DNA of 62,411 nt, counting the filler, from Sluysia triapertura (Eukaryota), in NCBI GenBank assembly GCA_046118255.1. It is 4 parts of 4 records of this genome, joined end to end, with 100 filler letters (N's around TTAATTAATTAA, not from the genome) between each part and the next. Parts side by side here need not be neighbours in the genome. Positions count along the whole stretch, not along the records: positions 13,817 to 27,455 come from JBJNIA010028057.1; positions 27,556 to 50,068 come from JBJNIA010225127.1; 2 more parts are not named here. One strand, given 5' to 3'. The position numbers and the translations under genes were made by a program. Under the pieces are notes generated by a model that was not told where the DNA came from, searched no databases, and worked only from the letters and a program-made list of their open reading frames with translations. Below, piece after piece: positions 24,121-37,000 of this stretch (positions within the stretch are counted from its first letter, which is position 1; the number at the start of each line of letters is the position of its first letter).

Positions 24121-27100
24121 TATAGATTTTGTTGCACGATAAACTTTTCCGTATAATAAATCACAATTATTAAATTCTTCATGATTCAGCATCTATGAAT
24201 ATTTATATTTAGAATTAACGTAAGCATATCATGAAGGTAAAACTTGTATTAAAGTAATAAATAAAATAATTAATTAATTAAGATTAATTTTCAAAAATTG
24301 ATAAATCCAATCAAATTAATCACGTAAAAATTCAATTTCATCCATAAAACAGAAATATAAACAAATGGAATTTTAGAAGTCACCCAAATTTTAATGCAAT
24401 ATTAGAATCAATAAGTGCTTTAAACTTTTGTCCCCAGTTTGAAATAGATGATTTAGTTGAAATTTTAATTAAAGTAATTGCAGATAATTTAAATACATGA
24501 AGAACAAATCAAAAGTGTCAATTATTTAAATGCAAAAATCGATTAATTGATATAAATGAAAAAATAAGAGATTTAGACATAAGGTAATTTACAAACAAAA
24601 GAAGGGACTGATTAAACAAAATAAATGTTTATCAATTTTACCAAATATTAATTTTAGTATAATGTCAGATTTTGTAATGTATCAAAGGAAATTAAAGTAT
24701 TTCGAAATGTGGGTCCACCCATAAGACACGTATACTTAAAAAGAAGTATAAAAGTTAGCATATAGGACAGAAGAACGAAAAGGGAAACAATAAGTTGATC
24801 TCTAAATTAGTGGGCGTAATCACTGACCAAGCCAATGAGGCAATAGTTTCCAACCGAACAATATAAAAAGGTAGGCAAAAGCGAATTGTGGCAAGCCGAT
24901 TTAACAATGAATATAAATAAATTTTAAATTGTAAGCGAAAATAAAAATGGTAAAGATATAAGTGATTCAAAATTGTTATTAATTGACAAAGATAATAAAT
25001 AATTTTTTAAACTGATTTAAATAAATAATTTTAAAACAATCATGTAGAAAAATTATTAGTAAATCATTGAGTTAATCATTAATCCATGTTTAGTCAATAT
25101 AAATTGCATTAGTGAAACGATTTAATCATATTTAAGAGGAAGTATTGTTAAAATTATATATGTTAAAGTTTCATTTTGGCATGGTGATTATAAAACATGT
25201 AATCAATTGAGGACATTTAACAAATGAAAATTTTATTAACTTATGATTAATTATTATTATAGTTAAAGAAATATTAACTATTGTGATTGATAAATGCCAT
25301 TTAAGTAAAATACACATGGGTTTAAGGTCTTTATCAATATAAAAATCGATTTCACACGTCCTGATAATGATATTAGGGTTTGGGACGGAAATGCTTAAAT
25401 TAATGGTTGCTAACTCAAATCATAAAATACGAAACTAACTAAAATAGTATAAGCGTATCGCGTAGCAAAGTATGAGATTGAGTTAACTAAATTACCCTTA
25501 AATAATATCATTAGAAATTGAACCAATTTACAAAAACGGTTAAACTTTGAAATTAGATTTATAAAATGTTTAATATATTGTTTAATTTGTAATTTAGTAA
25601 TTTTCCTTATGAATATATAACTAATAAGTAAATTATAAAAAACAAAATTTCACTAACAACATTGAATTTAGAACTATAAAAATTCAAATCATTTAATCTA
25701 GATTCAAAACAAATAAAATGCTTCAATGCATAAACTTATATCATACTTTCAGATTAATTATAATATCTCTGACTACATATATTTCTGTTTAGTATGATAA
25801 ATATGGTACAATATTAACAAATCTTGACTATCACTTTCAAAATCTCGATTCTCTTTACACTTATAATTTAAATTATAAGTAAATTCACTAAATTAGTGAT
25901 CGTTCACGACTACCTTGACTTAAAAAATTTTAGAACAAGAATTTCTTCTTTTAACAACACGTAAATTATCTATGCTACATAATTTATCACATCCATGATC
26001 TTTATATAATCTTCTAATACAATTTATATTCATAACAAACATATAAATAATACACTTCTTTTAAACATTTCATATTAAATCTATAAGAGCTTAGTTATCT
26101 TTTCTCGACTTAGTATCGCACAAAACATAATCACCACTAGGACTAATATTGACATATTTTAAATTCCAATCGAAATTTCTATCAGTGTTTTGTCTTCGTG
26201 TCTATGCATTTCATCAATAAGCATAGCAAGGAATCCAAACTGTAAGCTGGTATCATTATAACAACCTAGCTTCATTGTTGATGATTCCATTTTCTTTATA
26301 AAAATTTATTTATGAAAATAAATAACAAAATTATACATCAAAACTTTTCAAATTTGATTCGACAAATTTCTGTTGAGTATATTAATAATGATGATGACGC
26401 GATTATATTAAATACAGTGATGATGATGATGTATTATAAACGAAGATGTGATGATAGTTACAGCAAAAATTAATGAGTAACTGTACGTATGAATTATATA
26501 AATGGCAAGTGAGAAGCTGATAAGAAACGTGAGTATGTGCAAAAATGTCATAATATAAATGAAAATGATGAAGATTACGAAGAAAATATAGAAAACGATG
26601 AGCAATGTAATTATGCGTATATGATGCTGATTTTAATGTGATATTATTATTGATTATGATAATAATAATAATAATGAAAATGATGATAAAGAAAACGATG
26701 ATATTAATCAGTAGTTAAATTAATAACTTTTATTTCAGTAATAATCAGATTAATATTGATAATAATAATATAAATAAATAATAAGAGTAATAGTAATATT
26801 AATAATAAAAATTGCAATAATATAAATAATAATATTAATTGAGAAACAATAATGAAAGTAGTAACAAAAGAATATAATAAAAATTAATACTAATTATAAT
26901 TAGAAACGGTGATAATATTAAGTGAAGTAATAATAATATTTAAATTTAATAGTTAAAGTTGTAGTGAGTAAAGGAAATAATAATAATAGTAAGGTGATGT
27001 ATAATTGAAAGTGGGTTTCATGTTTATTTAGTGCTTTAATTTTTTTTTAAATTGGAATGTTGTATTGAGGGTTTTGAATCTCCACATAAAAGTTAAATGG

Positions 27101-27455
27101 AGAATGAGAATTACCTGAACATGTATTATCAAGTCTATGAATTATCTTATGTTTAAAGCATTATAGTCAGCTTCGTTGTAGATTAAGTACATTACTAAAT
27201 TTAGTGACACATACTTTACTCATAGACCTTATAAAGATAGCTATATTACTAGATCTACTTAATATTTTGTTATGTTAACTATTAGATATTTCATACTACT
27301 GAAGTTAACTATTATCTTCTTCGTTATATCTTCATTAAGTTTTTAAAATGACTGAATACAAGAATTCAGTATTTGTTATAAGGGAAGATTGGCTTAACTG
27401 ACAGTTCTAATAACTAAAACATGTATATAATAACAAAAATCCATTAGAACTAATA

Positions 27456-27555
27456 NNNNNNNNNNNNNNNNNNNNNNNNNNNNNNNNNNNNNNNNNNNNT
27501 TAATTAATTAANNNNNNNNNNNNNNNNNNNNNNNNNNNNNNNNNNNNNNNNNNNN
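27456..27555. other. Artificial contig-joining spacer (44N-TTAATTAATTAA-44N)
   Basis: Same 100-nt structure as at 13717. Confidence 0.97.
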
Positions 27556-29630
27556 TTAGTACGTCAGTGCTGATGACGGTTACCAGCAGTAAAATCTAAA
27601 CTATATAAGCTGCCCAGAAAAATCTAATTCACAATCACCCAATCAGAGTGAATTCAGCTTTCATTACATTCAAATACTCTGATTGGGTAGGCAGCATTGG
27701 AGACAAATTTAGAAAATAAATTAACATACTTCAAATCGCCCAATCAGATTCCTGTTCATCAAAAATATAAAAATTTATCAACTCTTCTCATCTGATTGGG
27801 CATGCAGCAATTAGCCATTAGTGCTAAAAATAGAACAAACACAATTTCATTACAATTAGATAAAATAAAATATTGGTAGCAGCATTTTAGAAATCAACAA
27901 TAATTTTTGGCAACAAGATTTTTACAAAAATTTTTATACTTTGGAGTTAAAATAGAAACAAAACAAAATTTGGCACAGCTCGATCTTTTGATGTTTTCTC
28001 AATCTATATCAAATATAAATTATTTGAGTGATGTTGTTCGAAGCAATTCTGTATCAGCTTATGGTAATTCGGATTCGTATGGTGGAAATAAATTTAGTAC
28101 ATCTAAAACTGGCGCTCATGTACAGTATGTTAATCAGTTGATAGTTTCCAACGTAAAAGAAAATTGGGTATATGTTTCTAACCGGTTTATTGTAGATAAC
28201 TCTTTGAATACAAATGCACCAAATTTATCATCAGATGTACAATTTAGATCAATTTATCCATTCAATGACAAAATATTAAGTCACCATAAAGTAAATGCTA
28301 AAATTAATGACACGACCATTATAAACAACGTTACAAGTAGTCGAGACGATTTTATTTCTATTCGTCCTAATCAGTCGACTGATCCAAAGAAACCAAAATT
28401 GATACAACAGCAGTTATTAGTATCTACTCACGCGAATGAAATTCCTAGATTTGAGGTATATATATTTAAATCCATTAACCTTCTAGAAAAACTTGCTGAT
28501 CATATGTTAAATATTATTGATCCAAATGATGATGATTTAGTTAAAAAAGAATTTTTTAATCACAAGGATTACATTTTTAATTATAAAGATTATATGTTTA
28601 GTTGTAAAGATTATACTTTTAACAAAAACTACTCAAATTATCATTATTCAGTTAGAAAAGAACCTTGTAATCCTAACGATTTCATATTTAATAAAAGTTA
28701 TCATCATTTAGCTGAAAAGGAAATTTTTAATTATAAAGATTATATGTTAAATTGTAAAGATCATGTGTTTAATAAGATTTACTCAGACGATATTGAATTA
28801 ATTAAACGACAATTTTATGGGATGATTAGACGACAATTTACCACATATGAAGGAGATTCTTCTCATTTGATAGTACTGTATGATGATAAAACAACCATAA
28901 CGCATCCTGAACTATCTAAAAAGATTCGCATATCCAAGTTTACCGACGATGTGAAATTAATTCAGTTGGTCTTGATGTCGTATCACCCTACTATCAACAG
29001 AGGTAATAATTTAACATTAACTTTTAATTATTACAATTATTATATCACGTATTTATACATTACTTATCCTAGTTTCAGAAAATTATCAATCAGTGAAACC
29101 GGACCATGCGGCGAGTTGGGGTTCACAGAAATCTTGTCAAAACTGTATATAACCTTAAATAACAAGTTTCTTTTAAGAACATTAATAAATAACCAATTTT
29201 GTTGTCTTTATATAATTTATTGTATTATGATAAATTTAAAGATCATTAATGACAATTCTTTGATTTTAATTTGTTTTAAACTTAAATCTGCAGATGAAAT
29301 ATTGATCATCATAACAATTATCAAAGAAATTGATATTAAACAAAGTTTTAACATTTTAATCCTCAAAATATTATGCAACCTAATGTTCATGTTTCCGAAA
29401 ATCTTAAAAACAATAAGTTCTGTACCTTCCGAAAAAAATGTAGGCCAAATTAGAATTAACTACAATATCGTTAGGTCTTCTATTTTCAAAATCAACTTTT
29501 ATCTCGTTATTCTGTATCGTACAACGCCCTCAAGGCCATCATTTATCACACAATGTTTTTTAACTAACAACAAAACCTATCCTTCAACATTTTCCCCCAT
29601 AATATAAAGCTAACTTTATATATGCTGTAA
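27556..29630 (+). mobile_element. Probable 5' end of an LTR retrotransposon (LTR, PBS, gag-like ORF)
   Basis: TATA-like CTATATAAG at 27601 and four CCAATCAGA motifs are followed by PBS-like TGGTAGCAGC at 27874-27883 (complementary to the 3' end of tRNA-iMet, TGGTAGCAGAG, or tRNA-Leu). A long ORF follows immediately. A frameshifted, degenerate zinc knuckle FCTF(R)KK/VG(Q)IRIN(Y) lies at ~29415-29463. Confidence 0.55.
27907..29607 (+). CDS. 566-codon open frame, probably gag-derived, with internal KDYxFN repeats (first ATG at 27991)
   Basis: Longest ORF in the window. IPRFEVYI...LADHMLNII...DDIELIKRQF and HPELSKKIRI resemble gag capsid segments. A tandem KEFFNHKDYIFNYKDYMFSCKDYTFNK / KEIFNYKDYMLNCKDHVFNK repeat is present. 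The C-terminal third is low-complexity and may not be the ancestral frame. Confidence 0.4.
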   Translation: MATRFLQKFLYFGVKIETKQNLAQLDLLMFSQSISNINYLSDVVRSNSVSAYGNSDSYGGNKFSTSKTGAHVQYVNQLIVSNVKENWVYVSNRFIVDNSLNTNAPNLSSDVQFRSIYPFNDKILSHHKVNAKINDTTIINNVTSSRDDFISIRPNQSTDPKKPKLIQQQLLVSTHANEIPRFEVYIFKSINLLEKLADHMLNIIDPNDDDLVKKEFFNHKDYIFNYKDYMFSCKDYTFNKNYSNYHYSVRKEPCNPNDFIFNKSYHHLAEKEIFNYKDYMLNCKDHVFNKIYSDDIELIKRQFYGMIRRQFTTYEGDSSHLIVLYDDKTTITHPELSKKIRISKFTDDVKLIQLVLMSYHPTINRGNNLTLTFNYYNYYITYLYITYPSFRKLSISETGPCGELGFTEILSKLYITLNNKFLLRTLINNQFCCLYIIYCIMINLKIINDNSLILICFKLKSADEILIIITIIKEIDIKQSFNILILKILCNLMFMFPKILKTISSVPSEKNVGQIRINYNIVRSSIFKINFYLVILYRTTPSRPSFITQCFLTNNKTYPSTFSPII

Positions 29631-29708
29631 TGTTCAAACATAATCAAAGTATATATATATATATATCAAATTAATCTTCATTAAGATACTGTTAGACTTC
29701 AAAAAATC

Positions 29709-29767
29709 GACTGACCAGAGATCGAACCCGGGACCTCTTGCTGCTGTACCACTGAGCTATCAGCCCC
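29709..29767 (-). pseudogene. tRNA-derived SINE-like / pseudo-tRNA
   Basis: Minus strand GGGGCTGATAGCTCAGTGGTACAGCAGCAAGAGGTCCCGGGTTCGATCTCTGGTCAGTC has an A box (TAGCTCAGTGG), a B box (GGTTCGATC) and acceptor-stem pairing GGCTGAT/GTCAGTC. The anticodon arm is missing. Confidence 0.75.
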
Positions 29768-30099
29768 GTCTAACAATTTTATTTTATTATAGTCAATATT
29801 ACAATCATGGCACCTTAGGCCTGTATCCCAACAATACGAAATTAGACAAGTTATTGAAATCGGCATGTTACTTACTGGTAGTGCATATTAAAAATTAATT
29901 GGATTATTTAATTGATTTTATGTTTAATTTAAGTAAACATTATTATGGTAATCATGTTAGATTTTGATTTTGTTATGATAATACGATAAGGAGATTGTGT
30001 ATTACAAAAGCCATTATCTGTGGGAGATGCTGAGAAATCAACGGAAATTTGACGGAAATTATCGTAGAAATTTAATTATTAAAATTTTCTGCCTTACTC

Positions 30100-30610
30100 A
30101 AAAGAATTTAATATCCCCAGCACAGTTATCTACCTACTATAAAAGTATTCAGAATAGCGATTAAAGTAATAACTTCGATTCCTGTGAAGCTTTATTTTCA
30201 GTAACTGATTAAATTGTGTGGTGATATTTTTATTATTATTGTTGTGCTTAGTCAACCCACGTTTTTGTTTTATTTATTTTGTTAAATACGAGCATTAACA
30301 TTTATGGGTTGAGTCACTTCTGGATTTTTAGTATTACATTTTGTTATTTGATTGTCTAAAGACATCAATTTATAACTGAGAATAGCGAGAGTAAAAATTT
30401 GTGATTATTGGAAATGTATCGAAATTTAGACTAATTTAATTACTGAGTTATTGTTAATAATTTTAAGTAGACACAACAAGGATGTATTTTTCCACAAACC
30501 TATTTCAGCAGTTATTGTAGATATAAATACTTGAGATAGTTGCAATTTAACTTACATAAGTTATTTAACTGTGTAAAACTTGGATCACAGACGAACTCTT
30601 TAATGCAAGT
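30100..30610. mobile_element. Degenerate pogo/Tigger-like DDE transposase fragments
   Basis: Plus strand gives FVIIGNVSKFR and KTWITDELFN. Minus strand gives NKTKTWV and ILL..VDNCAG. These resemble the pogo/Tigger motifs LVIGK..PR, KAWMT.ELF and LLxDNCxxH. Confidence 0.3.
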
Positions 30611-31037
30611 TTTTTAAAACCAATTATAAATGTCAGTTTCACGCAGCACTCCACATCGAAAAGAATATATCAATGAAATCTACATGCATCTTTAATTGAT
30701 TTTAATATTAATTTTGAATTTTTAAATATTTCGCATTCCTGACATTAATAGAAATAATTCAATAGTAATGGCAAATAATGCTAGTTTTATTATTTGTGAA
30801 GAAATTACATTATATCTTATCATAAGGACAAACTGCTATAATTATTATAAATTGTAAAGGTTGATTGCGAAAGATGTTTTACATGAAAAGTATATCTACT
30901 AGAACACAAAACATGAGGCTAAGTCAATGAATATCAAATTACAAGACAAATAAGTACGATTTAATAATTTATTTTTATATAAAATAAATCACTCACAATA
31001 GTAAGTAAATAAAATTAAAATAAAAATAGTAATCAGA

Positions 31038-34000
31038 TTAATCAAAATTGTGTATTAACGGTGAATTTCCTGTAGTTGGATCAAAGTCATAAAATAATTT
31101 TATTTCTTTAGGTCGATAATAATCTCCGCCTCGATATCCACAGTCTTCCATAGTCATATTTGGTTGCAACATACTGTCGTCAGTGCAAGTATTGTTGCGA
31201 AATAGCTTAATTTCATTGGTTGCCAAATGCTTTTGTTGCCTATAATAGAAACAATAGAAGAAGTAAATATCTCCAACTAAAATTGTAATAATAAATTATC
31301 TTTGTGTGGTATCAATGCAATGAAGAGTACGAAGTTCTGCCACACACAAATAAACTTAGTTTTTCTTGTTTCGAATGACATAATAAAAGAAAGACAATAA
31401 ATTTAATTTAATGCTGAATATAACTTCGATCTCACATCCTTTTCTCTGGAAGATTATTTAAATCTAAGAATCATTTCAAATTTACTTATTGAAACTTGAT
31501 ATTGATATTTCCCGTGCCAGAGTGGACGCCAGTGTTTGATAAAACATGGATAAAACCGACGAAACTCCTCGTTTTTGTCACTATTCGTGGTCAAGGAAAG
31601 TTCCAATAATTCAATTTGGATCTTGAATTGCATTTGGTTTAAAAGTGAGTATACTGTAGGCAGGTTCTTAAAACATTTTTTAATGTCCTTGATGCGACAG
31701 AAAGTCGCTACATCAGTTAACAATATCACGTACCATGGAAGGAAGACCTTGGTGTACTTGATGTACTTGATGCTTGCCGTTGAAAAGTGTGAACCACAGA
31801 GGCATACTCAAACAGCATATTTCCAGCATGTTTTGGAATTGATGATAGTCCGTTAGAACTAGCACCGGATATACGTCGGGGATCATGACTTTATTTAGCA
31901 TAACTTCCAAAATTATTATGCTAACACCTTACCAAATTCATCTTTTATAACATACACTTCATTCATCACAAAACATAATTCAATTCACCTGGCTCATTCC
32001 ACAATCACAAACCATTACACCTTTAAAACTAGCTTATTTTACACTCTCTTAACGCACAGTCAATAAAAAGTTGCAGATGCTGATTAAAAAGTTGAAAAGT
32101 AAAACAGGAAAAGACTTGACGAAACAGATATTACAGAAATAAATGTAAATCTTGTTGGATTTAAGGATGAAAACAAAACACTCGAAGAACAACTATTTCA
32201 GTTTAAGAAATCAGCATCAAAGAAAGAACAACTATTTCAGTTTAAGAAATCAGCATCAAAGATTAAATAAATCCCGTAAAGAAATTGCCATAATATTAGA
32301 GTTAGATATTCATTTTATTTTAACATGTAAACTTCTTCATTAAGAGATTTGGATACCAAGATTATTAGTATTAGTATTAGTATTTAAATTAATTCAAATC
32401 TATCTAAATCTATCTCCAGATAGTGTTGAACAGAAATAAAATAAAACAAATAAAGAAATTAAGTTTAGAATTACAATAAGGATAATGTAATATGAATTAA
32501 TTAAAATTAATAGCAATAATAATATTTTATTCCAAATTCAATATGGCTTCCAGGCCTAGCTCTACTTATCGTGCAAGCCAATGATATGTAAATTAATGTG
32601 TGTTTGTGATTGGTTAACTGAATAGTATAACAATTAATTTTTGTTATCATTTTGTCCTATTTTCAACTACAATTTAACAGTTTTTAAAAAGAAAAACAAG
32701 AATTTTCAAATGATACAATACGTATTCGATGCACATTTAATACAATTGTTTAAACATTATAAAAACAGCATCAAACATTTGCCAATCTTTCGTCCACAAA
32801 CAATAATCTATTTTCCATCACTTGATAGAAGTACATCTAACACAGGGCTGGCCAAGCTCCTTGATAGTCCGAGCCATTTATCAAAAATTGAAATTTTTCG
32901 CAAACCGCAATTAAATAATTAACTTTTTCCATGAGCCATATCATCATTCTTAATTTGTTACAGCGTCGTTGCACTTAGTCTTTCATATTTGTCAGTAATT
33001 TAAGACATTTTGAAAAACACATACGGAACGATAATAATTTTTTTAAATATAATAACACAAAAATGAAAAGGAAACTCGGATACATTTATCGAGATCCTTC
33101 AAAGGGCTGCATTTGGCTCGCAAGCCGCAGTGTGGCAACCCAGGTCTAGCATATTCTGCAAATAATATTTTGCTCATTACGACCTTTACAATACTACGGC
33201 AACAATGATGTGTTCCTTTACTGATCTTGCTACTGTGCACAGCACAAACTACTTGTCACTCAAACACATTACTCAAGAAGCAAGTCATCTTTACAGTCTC
33301 GACCACCGTGCACACAAGCATCAACATTAGAAAGAACTCCGCAGTCTTTCTGCAATGGAACTCACATACTAACCTGATAATGTCCGTTAGGTGGTGCACG
33401 TAAAATGTCGGATTGATGACGACTTGCAGATGAGACACATGATCTGGATACTCTTCAAAAGTGACCAGCATTATTGTGCATTTGATCCATCTGAAAAAAT
33501 ACAAAGTTTACTGTTATNNNNNNNNNNNNNNNNNNNNNNNNNNNNNNNNNNNNNNNNNNNNNNNNNNNNNNNNNNNNNNNNNNNNNNNNNNNNNNNNNNN
33601 NNNNNNNNNNNNNNNNNNNNNNNNNNNNNNNNNNNNNNNNNNNNNNNNNNATCATTATTAATTGGGTTTATTACTACGTGGAAATAAGAAAATTTGTGCA
33701 GTTTACTACAATCTGTCTAAATACATAGGAGCTACTTTTGAACAAACCTTCTAATTGGAAAATAATAAATTAAACTGGAGAACAAATCGAAACATTACAC
33801 GAAATGACCTAATTAATGAACAATATGTGTTAAGTGTCCTAATATTAATAACTAATACAAAACAAAACAAAAAATGTGTCAAGACTTAGTAGCCTTACCA
33901 TATGAAAGTTTGATTGTCCCCAATCCTAGAGAAAACAAAACATTAGACTTATAATCATAAATAATACCTTTTTTCTGTGCTAAGCAGTTTAATTTCTGTT

Positions 34001-37000
34001 TCTGTATCACGATACGGTGATGATTCAGCTTCCACAATTCTATAAAAATATTGAATTATTTATAGTAACAACATCAACCAATTACAATAATAATAGTATC
34101 GAATCAAATTGTATCGAATTAAACTGTCTTTATCGAGAATTTATCTTACATATATAATATGTTACACTTACAAAGGTTAGTAAAAAGAATTCGAGATATA
34201 CAAGAATAACGATATTAAAATTAATAAATTGTATCTACTGACTAATATCAGTAAATAATCGAAAATTTACTTTTTATTTTCATATAAATTAATTCAAATA
34301 ATCGATGTTCCAATTTCCTAGTTATTTTGATTTGACTATGATTTTGGGAAAAAATTAAAAATATTGTTACTATTTTTAGCACAAACATTATAAACTCAGT
34401 AAAAAAACAATCAGAATCACCGTATAGACTAACAACACCAAATTTAATGTGTTTATTCAAACATACAAATTCAAAATGAAATGCCAATGACAATGTCATT
34501 ATTGATTATATTAGTGTTCAATTGAAGAAGTAGCACACAATTTCCAGATAAATTCGATGATATAAAATTAACAAATAATTTCCAAGTTGTGATTGGTGGA
34601 TTCTTCTTTTCTAAATTTATCTCAATTGTGTGCAACTACTGTGTGCATCTATTGATTTGGGTGTATATGACAAAGCTATCTAATATTATTAACACAAATA
34701 GTGATGACGTGCGATAATGTTATTGTATATAATTTGTACTACTGATTTCTGTATAATCAATTAAAATGATTGGTTACTAAATATAGATTAAAATCAGATT
34801 TGAAATTTACATTGGATAACTTTGTTCATATAAATAATAAATAAAGCTACACAAATCAAAATTTACTAGTCTTAATTTACACAATTTTAAACTACTTACA
34901 ATAAAAAGTAGCTAAAATTGTGATAATATTAGATTGTTTTAGTCATTTTTCGTGCAATCGGATAAATTTTCTTTTAAATATAATTCAAATGTTTATAGAA
35001 AATGTGCCAAAAACAATCGAATACATACATATATAAAAAAGCTTTGCCATAAGTATAAAATAATAATAAAAACTTTACCCAATACTTGACCTCATTTTAT
35101 CAAAATTGCTAAAATTAAAAAAGAAAACTAAAAAAATTATTGGATAAAAATGAACCAATTAAATGTTTTTCTGTGATTTTACAAAAAGAAACTATGTTTG
35201 ATTGAAAATGTGTCAGTAATGTTAAATGGTAAATCATTAAAATTATTTTAATTTTTGTTCATCGTCATTATTTACCCCCCTCCCTGACTTCAGTCATAAA
35301 TGAATCATTAAATATCGTATTTATGAGTCATCACGATAACAAACCAAGGGTGTGCTGAATTTATAATCCAACTTGAACACACAAACACATCATTGAATCA
35401 TATATTTATGTTAGTATAATTTTCTTATTTAATAAATGATCAATTATTTGATTCTCATCCGTTATCTTTTATTTATTATTTGTTTAATATGGTCAGACAG
35501 TTCCCAGATAAGTTCCAGTAAAATAAACCACTAAAAAAAGTATAAAATACACAAATGCAACCTGAAGTATCGTATACCTTTATCAAATTCATTAAAATCG
35601 ATGCCGCAGTTGCCATCTGTATCGAGAAGCCGACAAAGTAGATGCAATTCCACAAAATCGCAAGGAATATTGTAATCTAGCATTCCTGAAGGAAAATGAT
35701 TATATTACATTAGCGACACCACTTAACCTTATCATAAGGTTCGATAATGATAGTACAATTGACTAATATAATAAAATTGATAGCTCCGTAGTCAGCTGTG
35801 CACAGCTGTGAGATAAGAGGAATGATATTTGGTGAGCCCATGTATCGAATACCCTTCTGATGATGTTTTACGAATGCTTATATATCTTTTGTTAAATATA
35901 ACTGTGTGTTAGTATACCTATAATAAAATAATAGTTTGACCTTTTTTCTCTGTGAATATGTATCTATTTTCATAAATGTTTGTAGACGTAATATATTGTT
36001 CCTTTCCCATATAATTTAACTATACTGCTTTTTATGAATGTATAAAAATAATCTTGAACGTACTTCAACAACAGAAGCACCAAGCATTCTTATTTACATT
36101 TATTTTTATCCTTTATACATATTTACATAATTATTATTCATATTTTTACTATGCTTGTCATAATTTTAAAATACACGTTTAAAATTCATGGAACCGCTCT
36201 GAAGCGAGAAGTGGCGGGTTCGAATCCCGGTCAGGTCATTTAATGAGCCCACACATCGAATACCCTTCTGATATTGAAATTAATGATTTACAAGATGTTT
36301 GAGGACAAACATAATTGAATTTGGTGAGATATATTTGGGTATAAGCCTAAAGTGTCATTTAGAATAGTGATAGTATAATTGACTATAATAAAATAAAATT
36401 GATAATTGAGGCGAGAGGTTCGGTTCCGAATCTCGGTCAGTCCGTTTAAGTAACAATTCAAAATAACCTGCTTTGAACTGATCATAAGAAATTTCACCAG
36501 TACCTTCTTTATCGAGCTGCTTAAAGATGACAATAATCTTCTGCAAATTATCTGAGAACCATTTATCGATACGATCAACAAAAGTGTCATATTTCTTCAT
36601 ATCGCTTTTATAAGCTTCTGCAAGCTTGTTGTATTTTTCCTGCGATAAATACAAGTGTGGTAACTAATGCTTTAAGTAAATTAAAAATTGGAATTAAAAC
36701 TGAATTGTAAAAATTGACAAAAATTTGAGATGATTGATGACTTTTTCATAAGAAACTTTGAACATACATTTTTCCACTTAAGCCATACAGTTTGGCTATT
36801 CTCGACTATTCTCAATGACCACATTGGACGGGCTTTTTCTGAAAAACCAATTTTTACAAGCCATCAAAGGTCTCAGAAATGCAATTTTATTCGTCTGAAA
36901 GTTTTCTTTTTCGTACACTATGCATAACCCAACATTACAATCACTATACACACATCTAGTTTTCTCTTTCCTTCCACGTTGTGAGGGTTTTTGGTATGAC

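Noticed and set aside
24360-24500. MULE-like peptide HPNFNAILESISALNFCPQFEIDDLVEIL
   Set aside because: Short, ambiguous with the ATPase C-terminus, and without supporting DDE motifs.
33899-33925. 27-nt micro-exon candidate (IGDNQTFI) in the EF-hand gene
   Set aside because: Good splice sites, but joining it to exon 33490 creates TGA. It is viable only if another exon lies in the N gap, so it was left out of the model.
27570-35870. CTGATGA motifs (27570, 35857) as hammerhead ribozyme cores
   Set aside because: No properly placed GAAA or stems II/III.
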